Source of the DNA: a phage | DNA length: 41,268 bases | Sequence record: PX216937.1 | Reading direction: 5' to 3' (one strand) | Shown here: piece after piece, positions 18,348 through 26,887 of the stretch | How the letters are laid out: each line of letters starts with the position of its first letter | How positions within the stretch are numbered: position 1 is the stretch's first letter | Notes under the pieces: model-generated | Told to the model about the DNA's origin: nothing | Seen by the model: only the letters and a program-made list of their open reading frames with translations | Databases searched by the model: none | Made by a program: the position numbers and the translations under genes

Positions 18348-19247
18348 TTAGAAGTTACTGTACATCATCTTGCGCTCAACTTCCGCACGGAACTTACTGT
18401 CGTGACGATAGCGAGGGTCGGACATTGCAGCAATCATCTCAGCCTGTGACTCAAAGCCAGACTGTTTTGTTCGCACAGGTGCAGCAGGTACGGCACGTTT
18501 AGAGATACTACGGGCAGCAGGTTTACCGAAAGTCTTCGCACGGCTTGCACCAGCGAGATTCACGATAGCCTTCACAGTGGAAAGGTCACGGTTCTCCAAG
18601 GCACTAATCAGAGACTCAGCAGCATCCGGGTTGGACACTTCGAGGTGATTGTAGATTGCTTGGAACTGTGCTTCACCGCCAGCATACTCCATAACGGACT
18701 GAACATACTGTTCTACCAGAGCTTCCTGACCACGGATGTAGGAGTCAACGAAGGACTTAGAGTAACCAGCTTTAGCCAGTTCTTCATAGGACTCTTCGGA
18801 CAGACCATCTTCGCCGTATTCTTGCTGGATTCGGATAATGGTTTCTTCTGACAGGCCACGTTCAGCCGCCTGATTGACCATCTCTTCGAAACCAGCTTCG
18901 TGCTCTTCGAGTTGACTTGAGGCTTCGTTCAGTTCATCTGGAACGTCACCAACTGGTTCAAACTCTTCTGAACCTTCTTCGTAGTCGATTTCACCTTCTT
19001 CGGTTACTTCCGGTTCACCATCAGTGGAGATACGAATCTCAGTGCGGTCTTCGTCCTCTTCACCAAACGGGTCATTACTACCATAAGGGTCGTCATTGTG
19101 TGCTAACTCAATGGAGTCATCGCCATCACGGGCAGCAACATCAAGTTCAAGCATTGCCTGTTCGTGGTCAGTCGGAGTAGACCCGCCAACAACCGCAGAG
19201 TTCACACCGAAAGATGCGTAAACGTCAGCATTAGATTCACCAGCCAT
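18348..19247 (-). CDS. 9: Capsid assembly/scaffolding protein (gp9)
   Basis: 299 aa, highly acidic; size and position match T7 gp9. Confidence 0.85.
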   Translation of the reverse strand: MAGESNADVYASFGVNSAVVGGSTPTDHEQAMLELDVAARDGDDSIELAHNDDPYGSNDPFGEEDEDRTEIRISTDGEPEVTEEGEIDYEEGSEEFEPVGDVPDELNEASSQLEEHEAGFEEMVNQAAERGLSEETIIRIQQEYGEDGLSEESYEELAKAGYSKSFVDSYIRGQEALVEQYVQSVMEYAGGEAQFQAIYNHLEVSNPDAAESLISALENRDLSTVKAIVNLAGASRAKTFGKPAARSISKRAVPAAPVRTKQSGFESQAEMIAAMSDPRYRHDSKFRAEVERKMMYSNF

Positions 19248-19300
19248 ATTTGTATCTCCTTTGATAATGAAATTCAGAACTCAAAGGGAGGACGTATGTC

Positions 19301-19323
19301 TCTCCCATTAGTGAGTCGTATTA
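19301..19323 (-). promoter_or_regulatory. Phage RNAP promoter (phi9-like), TAATACGACTCACTAATGGGAGA
   Basis: Reverse-complement promoter match overlapping the end of gene 8, upstream of gene 9. Confidence 0.8.
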
Positions 19324-20928
19324 ATTTGGAACCATACCAGCCTGTTCAGCAGCAGCTTGCATGTTCTCAGGACTTGCAGTAGCCAATGCACCAGCACCAG
19401 CACCAGCAGACGCAGCAGCATTCTCCATAGCCGTGCTTTGTGCAGCCTCAGCCATCTCCTGTTGTTTCTCTTCAGGTGTCTTAAGGATACCAGAAGTGTC
19501 GATGCCGATAGCGTTCGCAATGCGCAACTTAATGGTCGCAATGTTGATGTCCGGGTCATTCTGCATAGGAGCAAGAGCAGACCACGCAGCGATACAACGT
19601 TCCAGCTTATCGAGGTCTTGACCACGACCCAATGCTTCCATCCCGGTACTGATAGTAGGCTCAACGGCCTCTTTCGGTAACTCAGGAATCTGATTGGTTG
19701 CTTGAAGTTGTTTCAGCAGGACACGAACCATAGGTAACTGAAGTTCCTGTGAGAGAATCGAATAGACACCACCAAGGGTATCTTCCAGTTCCGATGCAAC
19801 ATAACGAATCTCTTCGGCTGTCACACGCTCACCAGTACGCTGTACCGCAGAGTTCAACATAAAGGCATAGGAAAGTCGACCTTCAATCTGTTCACTCACA
19901 GCTTTCGCTACAGAGAAGTCAGCGGCCTTTTCCAACTGAAGGAACGAGATGTCTTCTGGACGACCAGACACAAAGTCACCTGTCTGTGCTTTCGTTAAGC
20001 GGCGAACCTGTGTAATACCAGCCGGGTTAACCAAGCCGATAACTTTAGCACTAATCATTGACATCTTAACGATAGCTTCTTGGAGGTTCTCAAGGGACCG
20101 TAAGTCACCTAAGTATTCCTCACAGTAAGAACGACCATATGACTCTCCGTCAATACGCACCATGCGAACCGGGATATACGGACAAGCGTCCACCGGATAA
20201 GAAGCATCTGTGCCATCAACTTCAACGCCATCAATCTCTTCGTACTTGAGGTACTCACCAGATTCTTCGTCAAGATAAATGTGTGTGTACACATCAATCA
20301 TTTCGTCGCCTTTATGTTCCTGACCTGAGTCCATAGAGTTTCTTACGTCTTCTGGCAGTGCTGCATAAGCAGTCTTATCCAAGGTCACAATCTGTAGTAC
20401 CGTGCCGAATGCGTCTCGTTGGACAACATAAGAAGACAAGCGGTATAGCTTCATGGGATTGTAAGTGCCTTCAGGTTCAGGAATGTAGAGCAGAGCGTTA
20501 CCTGCAACGACCAACTGCTTGAGGGTCTCAAAGAGTGTCACACGGTATGAGTTCGACTCGATGTAGTTCATCAAGATTCGCTCGACCATAGAGAGACCTT
20601 CTTCGACCTTTGCTAGTTCGGCTGGCTGTGCAACCAATTGTTTCGCTTCGAACTCAGAGATGGTTAGCTTCATCCACGTCTGCATAGGGAACAGAGCGAG
20701 CATGAGCTTAGAGGCCAAGTTGTTCAAGCCACGAGCACCAACTGCTTGCCACGGAGTGGTATAGTCAGTAGAGGCGTTGTCGGAGTCTTTAGGGAACAAC
20801 GAAGGGATGGTGTACTTCGCACAGTTTTCCGCACGGGTCTCATAGGAGTTCCGGTCGTTCTTCAATGCGTCATACACCGCCTTGGCACCATTCTCCGCGA
20901 AGCCTTCACGTTTCTGTGAGCTTGCCAT
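19321..20928 (-). CDS. 8: Head-to-tail connector (portal) protein (gp8)
   Basis: 535 aa (T7 gp8 is 536); synteny between 7.3 and 9. Confidence 0.9.
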   Translation of the reverse strand: MASSQKREGFAENGAKAVYDALKNDRNSYETRAENCAKYTIPSLFPKDSDNASTDYTTPWQAVGARGLNNLASKLMLALFPMQTWMKLTISEFEAKQLVAQPAELAKVEEGLSMVERILMNYIESNSYRVTLFETLKQLVVAGNALLYIPEPEGTYNPMKLYRLSSYVVQRDAFGTVLQIVTLDKTAYAALPEDVRNSMDSGQEHKGDEMIDVYTHIYLDEESGEYLKYEEIDGVEVDGTDASYPVDACPYIPVRMVRIDGESYGRSYCEEYLGDLRSLENLQEAIVKMSMISAKVIGLVNPAGITQVRRLTKAQTGDFVSGRPEDISFLQLEKAADFSVAKAVSEQIEGRLSYAFMLNSAVQRTGERVTAEEIRYVASELEDTLGGVYSILSQELQLPMVRVLLKQLQATNQIPELPKEAVEPTISTGMEALGRGQDLDKLERCIAAWSALAPMQNDPDINIATIKLRIANAIGIDTSGILKTPEEKQQEMAEAAQSTAMENAAASAGAGAGALATASPENMQAAAEQAGMVPN

Positions 20929-20941
20929 AGTGCCTCCTTAA

Positions 20942-21232
20942 TCAGATATTCAGACCGCCGCCAGAACTGCGAGCGACACTCAGAGATTTCTTGCCACCAG
21001 CACGGGCTTTCTTCTTACCTGATTCAGTCTGTGCATCATCTTCGGTCTCTACGTCACCCTTTGTGGGTGCTTCGATAATCTGTGCCGGAGGTGGAGCGGC
21101 CTGTTCCATTACCTGAACACCAGACTTCTCGCCTTGACCAAGTACACCACCTACAGCACCCACAGCACCTTTGGCAACCTTCTCAATTGGCTTAGTGATT
21201 TTCTTAACGGCCTTTTTGATTTTCTTACCCAT
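20942..21232 (-). CDS. 7.3: Tail/virion protein gp7.3
   Basis: 96 aa, MGKKIKKAVKK...ESGKKKARAGGKKSLSVARSSGGGLNI; C-terminus near-identical to recalled T7 gp7.3. Confidence 0.85.
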   Translation of the reverse strand: MGKKIKKAVKKITKPIEKVAKGAVGAVGGVLGQGEKSGVQVMEQAAPPPAQIIEAPTKGDVETEDDAQTESGKKKARAGGKKSLSVARSSGGGLNI

Positions 21233-21234
21233 GA

Positions 21235-21621
21235 TTATACCCTCTTGAATACGTTTCGAATTGACCCATCGTGTTCATGTGCACAACGGGAGACCCACTG
21301 GCAACCTCTACGAGTCGCCTCAGCTAACACCCAGCGCCAGACCCAAGGTGCGTACCCTGAGCGAGGCTTAATGACTATATTGGTTATATCCAATATATCG
21401 CCCTTACGGTGTATGTCATTGCTGATACAGAGCGCTACATAAGCCACAGGATAACCCTTGGCATTCTTAAAGTAGAACTCTTCGTACCCAGCGTCATCCA
21501 TAAGCCCATCCACGTAGTCAGCGTACTCGCTTAACGTAGTGAACCCTTCTGGCAACCCTAAGTGCGCCACAGTCCAGACAATAGCAGCCGAGCGTTCTGT
21601 GCACTTATGTACTGTAACCAT
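21235..21621 (-). CDS. 7: gp7-like virion/host-range protein
   Basis: 128 aa; position between 6.7 and 7.3 as in T7 (gp7 is 133 aa). Called mainly on synteny. Confidence 0.6.
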   Translation of the reverse strand: MVTVHKCTERSAAIVWTVAHLGLPEGFTTLSEYADYVDGLMDDAGYEEFYFKNAKGYPVAYVALCISNDIHRKGDILDITNIVIKPRSGYAPWVWRWVLAEATRRGCQWVSRCAHEHDGSIRNVFKRV

Positions 21622-21639
21622 TTACCGAACTCCTCCTAA

Positions 21640-21918
21640 TTATCTCTTCTTAAAGACACTGGTACGAATACCAGACTTAGTTTTATTCTTGGCTGCATTA
21701 TCAGCCTTCTTGGACTTCTCATCGGAGTCATCCAGTTTAACCTTCAGGGACTTCTTGCCACCAGTTGGCACCTCAGAAGAGGTTCCGGTGTCCTTATTGG
21801 TATCATCATCGCCACCAAAGAGGATGCCTTTCGGTTCCTCAGTGAGTGGTGCAGGGTCTACCGCTCGGACTTTGTTAGTGTCCACTTTAGGCGTTTTAAT
21901 CTTAGGCGACCAGCACAT
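21640..21918 (-). CDS. 6.7: Head protein gp6.7
   Basis: 92 aa beginning MCWSPKIKTPKVDTNKVRAVDPAPLT; recalled T7 gp6.7 begins MCFSPKIKTPKMDTNQIRAVEPAPLT. Confidence 0.85.
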   Translation of the reverse strand: MCWSPKIKTPKVDTNKVRAVDPAPLTEEPKGILFGGDDDTNKDTGTSSEVPTGGKKSLKVKLDDSDEKSKKADNAAKNKTKSGIRTSVFKKR

Positions 21919-21937
21919 CAGATTACCTCCTGTTAGA

Positions 21938-22183
21938 TTAGGATTCTGCCTGTTCCTTACGGATTGCCTCCATGTCGTCTAATGTTTGAGACGCATAGTT
22001 TAGACCCGCGAGGAACCCAGCGATGTAGCTTTCAGACCACCCAGCCTGTTTCAATCGGTTGATAAGACCAGACTGAATAGCATATCCAGCATTGTATTGA
22101 ACCTGTAGGTACTCCATAGTCGCACGAGGCACATTAGGAATATCTTGTGGGTTCTCCATATGCTTCTTAATAGGGGTTAACAT
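21938..22183 (-). CDS. 6.5: gp6.5
   Basis: 81 aa beginning MLTPIKKHMENPQDIPNVPRATMEYLQVQ; matches the recalled T7 gp6.5 N-terminus. Confidence 0.8.
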   Translation of the reverse strand: MLTPIKKHMENPQDIPNVPRATMEYLQVQYNAGYAIQSGLINRLKQAGWSESYIAGFLAGLNYASQTLDDMEAIRKEQAES

Positions 22184-22235
22184 AGTTAATGTTCTCCTTA
22201 AAGTTAGAACTTAAAGTAGGTATCATATAGGCACC

Positions 22236-22258
22236 CCTCTCAATAGTGAGTCGTATTA
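22236..22258 (-). promoter_or_regulatory. Phage RNAP promoter (phi6.5-like), TAATACGACTCACTATTGAGAGG
   Basis: Reverse-complement promoter match upstream of gene 6.5. Confidence 0.8.
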
Positions 22259-22286
22259 ATTTCACTGTCGAGAAGAATGCCTAGAG

Positions 22287-22373
22287 TTACACACTCTTAG
22301 CTATAAATGCAGCCCACACCATAGAGAAGGCTACGGCTGTGAACATCACGAGCGCAACTGTTCCGGCGACCAT
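22287..22373 (-). CDS. Possible small hydrophobic protein (28 aa, MVAGTVALVMFTAVAFSMVWAAFIAKSV), gene 6.3 position
   Basis: ATG with AAGGAGA 7 nt upstream, overlapping the 3' end of gene 6 in another frame. T7 has a small gene 6.3 here. Not in the ORF track because of size. Confidence 0.35.
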   Translation of the reverse strand: MVAGTVALVMFTAVAFSMVWAAFIAKSV

Positions 22374-23260
22374 AGGTAAATCTCCTTGTCGATAAAGTTG
22401 TACTCTTCGAAACGCAGGATGCGAGCCATCTGGCCCTGCTTAATGATTTCCTGCTCGGTCATCCCAGCTTTCGCGCCAAGTGTCACAATGGCTTCCCATA
22501 GGGTTCGCTCACCAATGTCAACCTTTTTCCATTCGAGAACTGTCTGTCCCTTACGAGCACCAGACTTGAAAGTTTTCTCAACCTGTTCAAAGGCATATGG
22601 GTTCTCCAGCCACTCAGCGGTAGTCTCTCCCCAGCCCGGAATGCCACCATAGCCATCTGTCAAGTCACCTTTAATGGTCTGATAGATGTGCCAGTAGTCG
22701 GCAGTCGTTTGGTCTTGAGTCAAGATGTTACCAGTAGTGCACCACAAGAAGTCACAATCAGGGATGGTCTTAAAGTCCTTATCACAGGAGACCAGCACAG
22801 CCTTATTGAAACCAAAATGTTTAGCACCAGACCCAATGATTCCCATTACGTCATCACCCTCTAAGCGAGGCTCAAGGATAGACGTCCAGTCCTCACAGGC
22901 TTGAACACGCTCGATGAACGCACGGTAGCCTACAGGCTTACGGGATGCCTTACGGTTCTCCTTGTAGGTAGGGTCCACCAGTTCCTTACGCCAGTTCACA
23001 GAGTCAGTGAAGGCCAATACGATAGGCGCATCACGCCAAGCCTTCTTACGACCAGCATAGGACTTGATGGAGTCTACCAGAATGTTCCACGCTTTCCCGT
23101 GGTCACACTCTAACGACCAGCAGTCATCTCCCCAGTCGGTTTCTACTTCACTTGCTGCCATTGCCTGAAAGACAAGCCAGTCACCGTCCATCACTAGAAC
23201 ACCTTTGTCGGATTTACCTTGGCGAAGTTCATAATATTGTTTAAGAGTTAAAGCAGCCAT
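22346..23260 (-). CDS. 6: 5'-3' exonuclease (gp6)
   Basis: Start at the internal Met (MAALTLKQYYELR...); VMDGDWLVFQAM, APIVLAFTDSVNWRKELVDP, CDKDFKTIP, CDFLWCTTGNILTQ and AKAGMTE.IIKQGQMARILRF match recalled T7 gp6. Confidence 0.95.
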   Translation of the reverse strand: MAALTLKQYYELRQGKSDKGVLVMDGDWLVFQAMAASEVETDWGDDCWSLECDHGKAWNILVDSIKSYAGRKKAWRDAPIVLAFTDSVNWRKELVDPTYKENRKASRKPVGYRAFIERVQACEDWTSILEPRLEGDDVMGIIGSGAKHFGFNKAVLVSCDKDFKTIPDCDFLWCTTGNILTQDQTTADYWHIYQTIKGDLTDGYGGIPGWGETTAEWLENPYAFEQVEKTFKSGARKGQTVLEWKKVDIGERTLWEAIVTLGAKAGMTEQEIIKQGQMARILRFEEYNFIDKEIYLWSPEQLRS

Positions 23261-23261
23261 G

Positions 23262-23648
23262 TTAGTCCTCCACATGTTGATATGATTTGTAGTTCCTGAT
23301 AGCTAGAACGCCCTTGTGATCAATGCCATAATCAGCACCAACCTTGCGGGAACTTCTTGAGTCCTTACGGATAGCTCTCACCTGTTCATCAGTCAGCTTG
23401 GCCTTTGAGTGTCTACCGCGTGTCACGCAGTCCATCACATTGTCCCGCTGGGTTCCCAACTCAAGGTGTTCAGGGTTGACGCACAAAGGGTTATCGCACT
23501 TGTGGCGAACCACAAGCCCATCAGGGATAGCCCCAAAGGTTTGAGTGTATACCAAACGATGTGCAGCCCACTTAACTCCATCAACCTGAATCTGACCATA
23601 GCCACGGCCCGTTGTGTAGCCCGTCCAGTTAATACACTCAGTAACCAT
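23262..23648 (-). CDS. HNH endonuclease (homing-endonuclease-like), at the T7 gene 5.9 position
   Basis: Start at an internal Met whose ATG overlaps the gp5.7 stop (TAATG). Contains ...GYGQIQVDGVKWAAHRLVY...VVRHKCDNPLCVNPEHLELGTQRDN..., a typical HNH signature. The track's 147-aa start overlaps gp5.7. Confidence 0.8.
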   Translation of the reverse strand: MVTECINWTGYTTGRGYGQIQVDGVKWAAHRLVYTQTFGAIPDGLVVRHKCDNPLCVNPEHLELGTQRDNVMDCVTRGRHSKAKLTDEQVRAIRKDSRSSRKVGADYGIDHKGVLAIRNYKSYQHVED

Positions 23649-23857
23649 TAGACACAACCTCCCATCTTCTTCAGGAAACGGACACCAGCGCCTGTTACTT
23701 CCCAAGCGCCAGCATTACGCCCATCAACCGATAGGCAAGAGATATGGCCACGACTCGCAGCCTCAGCCACCAGTGACGCATTGTTGCGCACATAGTTCGA
23801 CTGAAAGGTCTTAGGGCAGCTTTTGATAGCCGCCAGTACACGTAGATAATCACCCAT
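23648..23857 (-). CDS. 5.7: gp5.7
   Basis: 69 aa, MGDYLRVLAAIKSCPKTFQSNYVRNNASLVAEAASRGHISC...; near-identical to recalled T7 gp5.7. Confidence 0.9.
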   Translation of the reverse strand: MGDYLRVLAAIKSCPKTFQSNYVRNNASLVAEAASRGHISCLSVDGRNAGAWEVTGAGVRFLKKMGGCV

Positions 23858-24150
23858 TACTTCACCTCGCGAATAGTTGCAGGTGCAAACTTAATGCCCT
23901 CTCCGTTGTGCTCAATGCCCATCTCACGGATTTCATTACGAATGCCCTGCTTAACAGCAAAGGCAACAACACCATCGGCACCATGAGTAAGAGCCTGTAC
24001 GAGTAACTCTTTGTCCTGTGCACTTACGAACTCACCATCACGAACGCTGCGAGCCAAATCTAAGATGCGTTCCTTAATCATATCCTCAGTCTCAGAGTCA
24101 ACCTTTACGGTCATTTCGAATGATACTTTAAAACGTTTAGTAATAGCCAT
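23857..24150 (-). CDS. 5.5: gp5.5 (H-NS-binding protein in T7)
   Basis: 97 aa, MAITKRFKVSFEMTVK...SPATIREV-type ends; size and position match T7 gp5.5. Confidence 0.8.
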   Translation of the reverse strand: MAITKRFKVSFEMTVKVDSETEDMIKERILDLARSVRDGEFVSAQDKELLVQALTHGADGVVAFAVKQGIRNEIREMGIEHNGEGIKFAPATIREVK

Positions 24151-24472
24151 GATATTTCTCCTTTGCTTCTAAGGTGATGACCTTCCGTTCTCGGTTAGTC
24201 TTGATTATATGTTCCCTCTTAGGGATACATTGTAGGTGCTCTATGTTACAGCACCCGCGATTCAGGCATAGATGGTCTATCTCATACCCTTCTGGTATCT
24301 TTCCGTGCCTTAACTCCCACACGAATCTGTGAAACATAAAGGCAAACTTAGTACCCTTTCGGGAAGACCCTATGCTATACCGGAAGTATCCATCTTGGTT
24401 CCGCTTATGGGAGACGCAGACAATACATCCAGTCGGCATGGTGTGAAACCTGAGCGTGGCAACGCCTCCCAT
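24137..24472 (-). CDS. 5.3: HNH endonuclease (gp5.3-like)
   Basis: 111 aa with H...YEIDHLCLNRGCCNIEHLQCIPKREH, a classic HNH/zinc-binding motif; T7 gp5.3 is also HNH-like at this position. Confidence 0.8.
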   Translation of the reverse strand: MGGVATLRFHTMPTGCIVCVSHKRNQDGYFRYSIGSSRKGTKFAFMFHRFVWELRHGKIPEGYEIDHLCLNRGCCNIEHLQCIPKREHIIKTNRERKVITLEAKEKYHGYY

Positions 24473-24483
24473 AGTCTACCTCC

Positions 24484-26622
24484 TTAGTGACATACCGCCC
24501 AATTCGGACCCATCTTTCCTTCAGTATCTAACTGACACCGGAAGTTAAAGTGGTCGCCTACCCAGCGCATAGCCTGTTGGGATACTTCGATTACAACTTT
24601 GGCAATCTCTTCTGTACGGCAAGCAAGCTGTTGCTCATCGTGAATCCACCCCATGAGGCAGAAGTCACCATCCCAGCCATGTTTGTAGCCCATCTCAAGG
24701 AGCATCTCTTCTGTCTTAACAATCCACAGTTTACAAATCAGAGCACCAGCAGACTGCAACAAGGTGTTCAACGCAGCGTGAGGACTACGGACGTGTACTT
24801 TACGACCATCCAAGCCACGAACCCAACGACGTTTCCAAGTTACTTTCTGTTCCCCGCCAACCCACTTAGAGTCCTTGACGAGTGTCCCTGTGATTGCTTC
24901 ACGTAACGCAGCAATAGCCGGAGTTTGCTCAAGGAAGTTCTTGATGAGTCGCTTACCGTCTTCGGCAGTACCACCAACAATCTGTCCAATCTTCGCAGCA
25001 CCAGCACCATAGAGGAACCCATAGATAAACGTCTTAGCGTTATCACGAGTAGGCAGACCAGCAGCCAATTGGTTCTTCGTATGGATGTCACCAGTGAGGA
25101 TAGTCTCAACGTACTCACCCTCATCATAACGATACATGAAGTGGCCCAAGCAGCGTAGCTCAAGGCCGGACGCATCCACACCAACTTGAATCCAAGGGTC
25201 TCCGATATAGCAAACTTCACCGTCGATAACCACCTTCTTCTTGTTATGCTCAGCACCGAAAGCAGCACGGCAAGGTTCACCATATGCAGCACGGATTGAA
25301 GGCACCTGTGCCACGTTAGGGAAGCTATGGGTTGCACGTCCAGTTACCGCACCGTTCGGGTTAACGCTTCCGTGAATACGACCATCATCTCCAATCATTC
25401 GGAGCCAGCCGTTATCACCTTCAGCAACCTGACCGATACGCTTCTGAATCATAAGGTATTCTTTAATCAACTCAATGCAACGCTGTGCATCCGGGTCGTC
25501 TACCTTAACGTGCTCTAAGACCTCATCGTCTACCTTTGGTGCACCACTAGGAGTGAACTCAACGGGCACCCAGCCAGCTTTGGTAAGCACACGGGTGATG
25601 TGGTCTCGGCTCGCAGGGTTAAACACAACGTGCTCAACCGGAGTATACGGAGCACCCTCAACGTAATCGCGGGTATCCAACTCACACGGTTCTAAGCCTT
25701 CACGTTGCTTCTTGTTCTTAGGCTTCTTAAAGATTCCACCCTGTTTCGGGTACTTCACACGAGGATACTTGGTGAGCGGCTTTCCGGTACGAGGATGCCT
25801 GAATGCTTCAGTACCGCCCTTAGCGGAGTACCATGAGCCAAACGTATTGGTTAACTCTACGAGTAGCTCACCACGTCTGCCAGCGAGTTCTGCGTAGAGA
25901 TTCTCCAAGGACTTGATGTCAATAGGAAAACCGTTACGTTCCATCTTAGCTAACAACCATGCAGCATCATGTTCCAGTTTGACAGCCTCAATGCTACCAT
26001 TCCAGAAACGGTCTGCTTCTGTGCTTCCAGCGGGTGTCTCGTTAGGGAAATAGAAAGTGTTACTACACAGTTTCTCAAAGAGTGCCTTGGTGACTACAAC
26101 GTCTTGAACGTTATATTCCATCATGTCTTCATTGAAGAACAGCCACTCCATCCCGTCTTCGTAGTCATCACCAGACTCTTCCAGTGACTTCTTAAAGTCG
26201 TCCTTGTACTCACCCTTCATTTCGCCTAAGCGGTAGCCCCATGCTTCCAGAGCGTGAGACCCAAAGCGACTACCCGGTAGCTTGCCAGCACGGAGCAGCC
26301 CAGCATCGGTGTCTTTGATGTTAGAGTAAATCAGTCGGGACATCACTAGGGTGTCCAAGACGTTCTCTTTCGGGAACTTAACGTCGCGGCCTAATAGTTT
26401 CTTGGCGAGCAACTCAATTACCGGGATGTCATACTTGTGACCGTTGTGGAACACAATGAGACCACCGCGAGCAACCTCAGCTTCGAGAGCATCAATGTAT
26501 GCCCCAAAGTCATCAGGTCGATAACGGATGTACTGGTCAGTTGTGTAGTCGTAAGTCACCGCACAGTGAAATTGACTAACGTTGTGCAGCAACCCGTTTG
26601 TTTCGATGTCGGATAGTAACAT
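24484..26622 (-). CDS. 5: DNA polymerase (gp5), family A with 3'-5' exonuclease domain
   Basis: 712 aa (T7 gp5 is 704); begins MLLSDIETNGLL (exonuclease Exo I motif DIE); synteny after gene 4. Confidence 0.97.
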   Translation of the reverse strand: MLLSDIETNGLLHNVSQFHCAVTYDYTTDQYIRYRPDDFGAYIDALEAEVARGGLIVFHNGHKYDIPVIELLAKKLLGRDVKFPKENVLDTLVMSRLIYSNIKDTDAGLLRAGKLPGSRFGSHALEAWGYRLGEMKGEYKDDFKKSLEESGDDYEDGMEWLFFNEDMMEYNVQDVVVTKALFEKLCSNTFYFPNETPAGSTEADRFWNGSIEAVKLEHDAAWLLAKMERNGFPIDIKSLENLYAELAGRRGELLVELTNTFGSWYSAKGGTEAFRHPRTGKPLTKYPRVKYPKQGGIFKKPKNKKQREGLEPCELDTRDYVEGAPYTPVEHVVFNPASRDHITRVLTKAGWVPVEFTPSGAPKVDDEVLEHVKVDDPDAQRCIELIKEYLMIQKRIGQVAEGDNGWLRMIGDDGRIHGSVNPNGAVTGRATHSFPNVAQVPSIRAAYGEPCRAAFGAEHNKKKVVIDGEVCYIGDPWIQVGVDASGLELRCLGHFMYRYDEGEYVETILTGDIHTKNQLAAGLPTRDNAKTFIYGFLYGAGAAKIGQIVGGTAEDGKRLIKNFLEQTPAIAALREAITGTLVKDSKWVGGEQKVTWKRRWVRGLDGRKVHVRSPHAALNTLLQSAGALICKLWIVKTEEMLLEMGYKHGWDGDFCLMGWIHDEQQLACRTEEIAKVVIEVSQQAMRWVGDHFNFRCQLDTEGKMGPNWAVCH

Positions 26623-26630
26623 TGTGTTTA

Positions 26631-26757
26631 CTCCTTAAGCGGATTGATAAGTGGGAACAGAGTGTCTGTCCCATTAGTGAGTTGTACTGATTGCTCAGAA
26701 GTCTTGACCATCGTCTTCTGGTTCCCAGCCGCTATCTCCATCTCCTTCATCTTCAGG
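26631..26757. repeat. 127-bp exact duplicate of 27911..28037 (gene 4 3' end plus phi4.3 promoter and Shine-Dalgarno), inserted directly upstream of gene 5
   Basis: Base-by-base comparison: ctccttaagcggattgataagtgggaacagagtgtctgtcccattagtgagttgtactgattgctcagaagtcttgaccatcgtcttctggttcccagccgctatctccatctccttcatcttcagg occurs at both sites. Confidence 0.9.
26666..26688 (-). promoter_or_regulatory. Duplicated copy of the phi4.3-type promoter (AGTACAACTCACTAATGGGACAG) about 45 bp upstream of the gene 5 start
   Basis: Identical to the promoter at 27946..27968; lies within the duplicated segment. Confidence 0.7.
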
Positions 26758-26868
26758 ATCAGGTCGATAACGGATGTACTGGTCAGTTGTGTAGTCGTAA
26801 GTCACCGCACAGTGAAATTGACTAACGTTGTGCAGCAACCCGTTTGTTTCGATGTCGGATAGTAACAT
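26696..26868 (-). pseudogene. Truncated second copy of the gene 5 5' end (first 37 codons plus RBS; exact repeat 26758..26884 of 26512..26638) fused in frame to the duplicated gene 4 tail (20 codons); potential 57-aa ORF
   Basis: 26758..26884 is identical to 26512..26638. Reading from the duplicated ATG gives MLLSDIETNGLLHNVSQFHCAVTYDYTTDQYIRYRPD followed in frame by [20 protein letters not shown] and a stop. Below the track's size cut-off. Confidence 0.6.
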
Positions 26869-26887
26869 TGTGTTTACTCCTTAAAGT

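Noticed and set aside
23262-24472. Mobile element, prophage or integrase signal
   Set aside because: No integrase, transposase or flanking repeats were found. The HNH genes are free-standing ORFs of the kind common in lytic T7-like phages, so no mobile_element feature is called.
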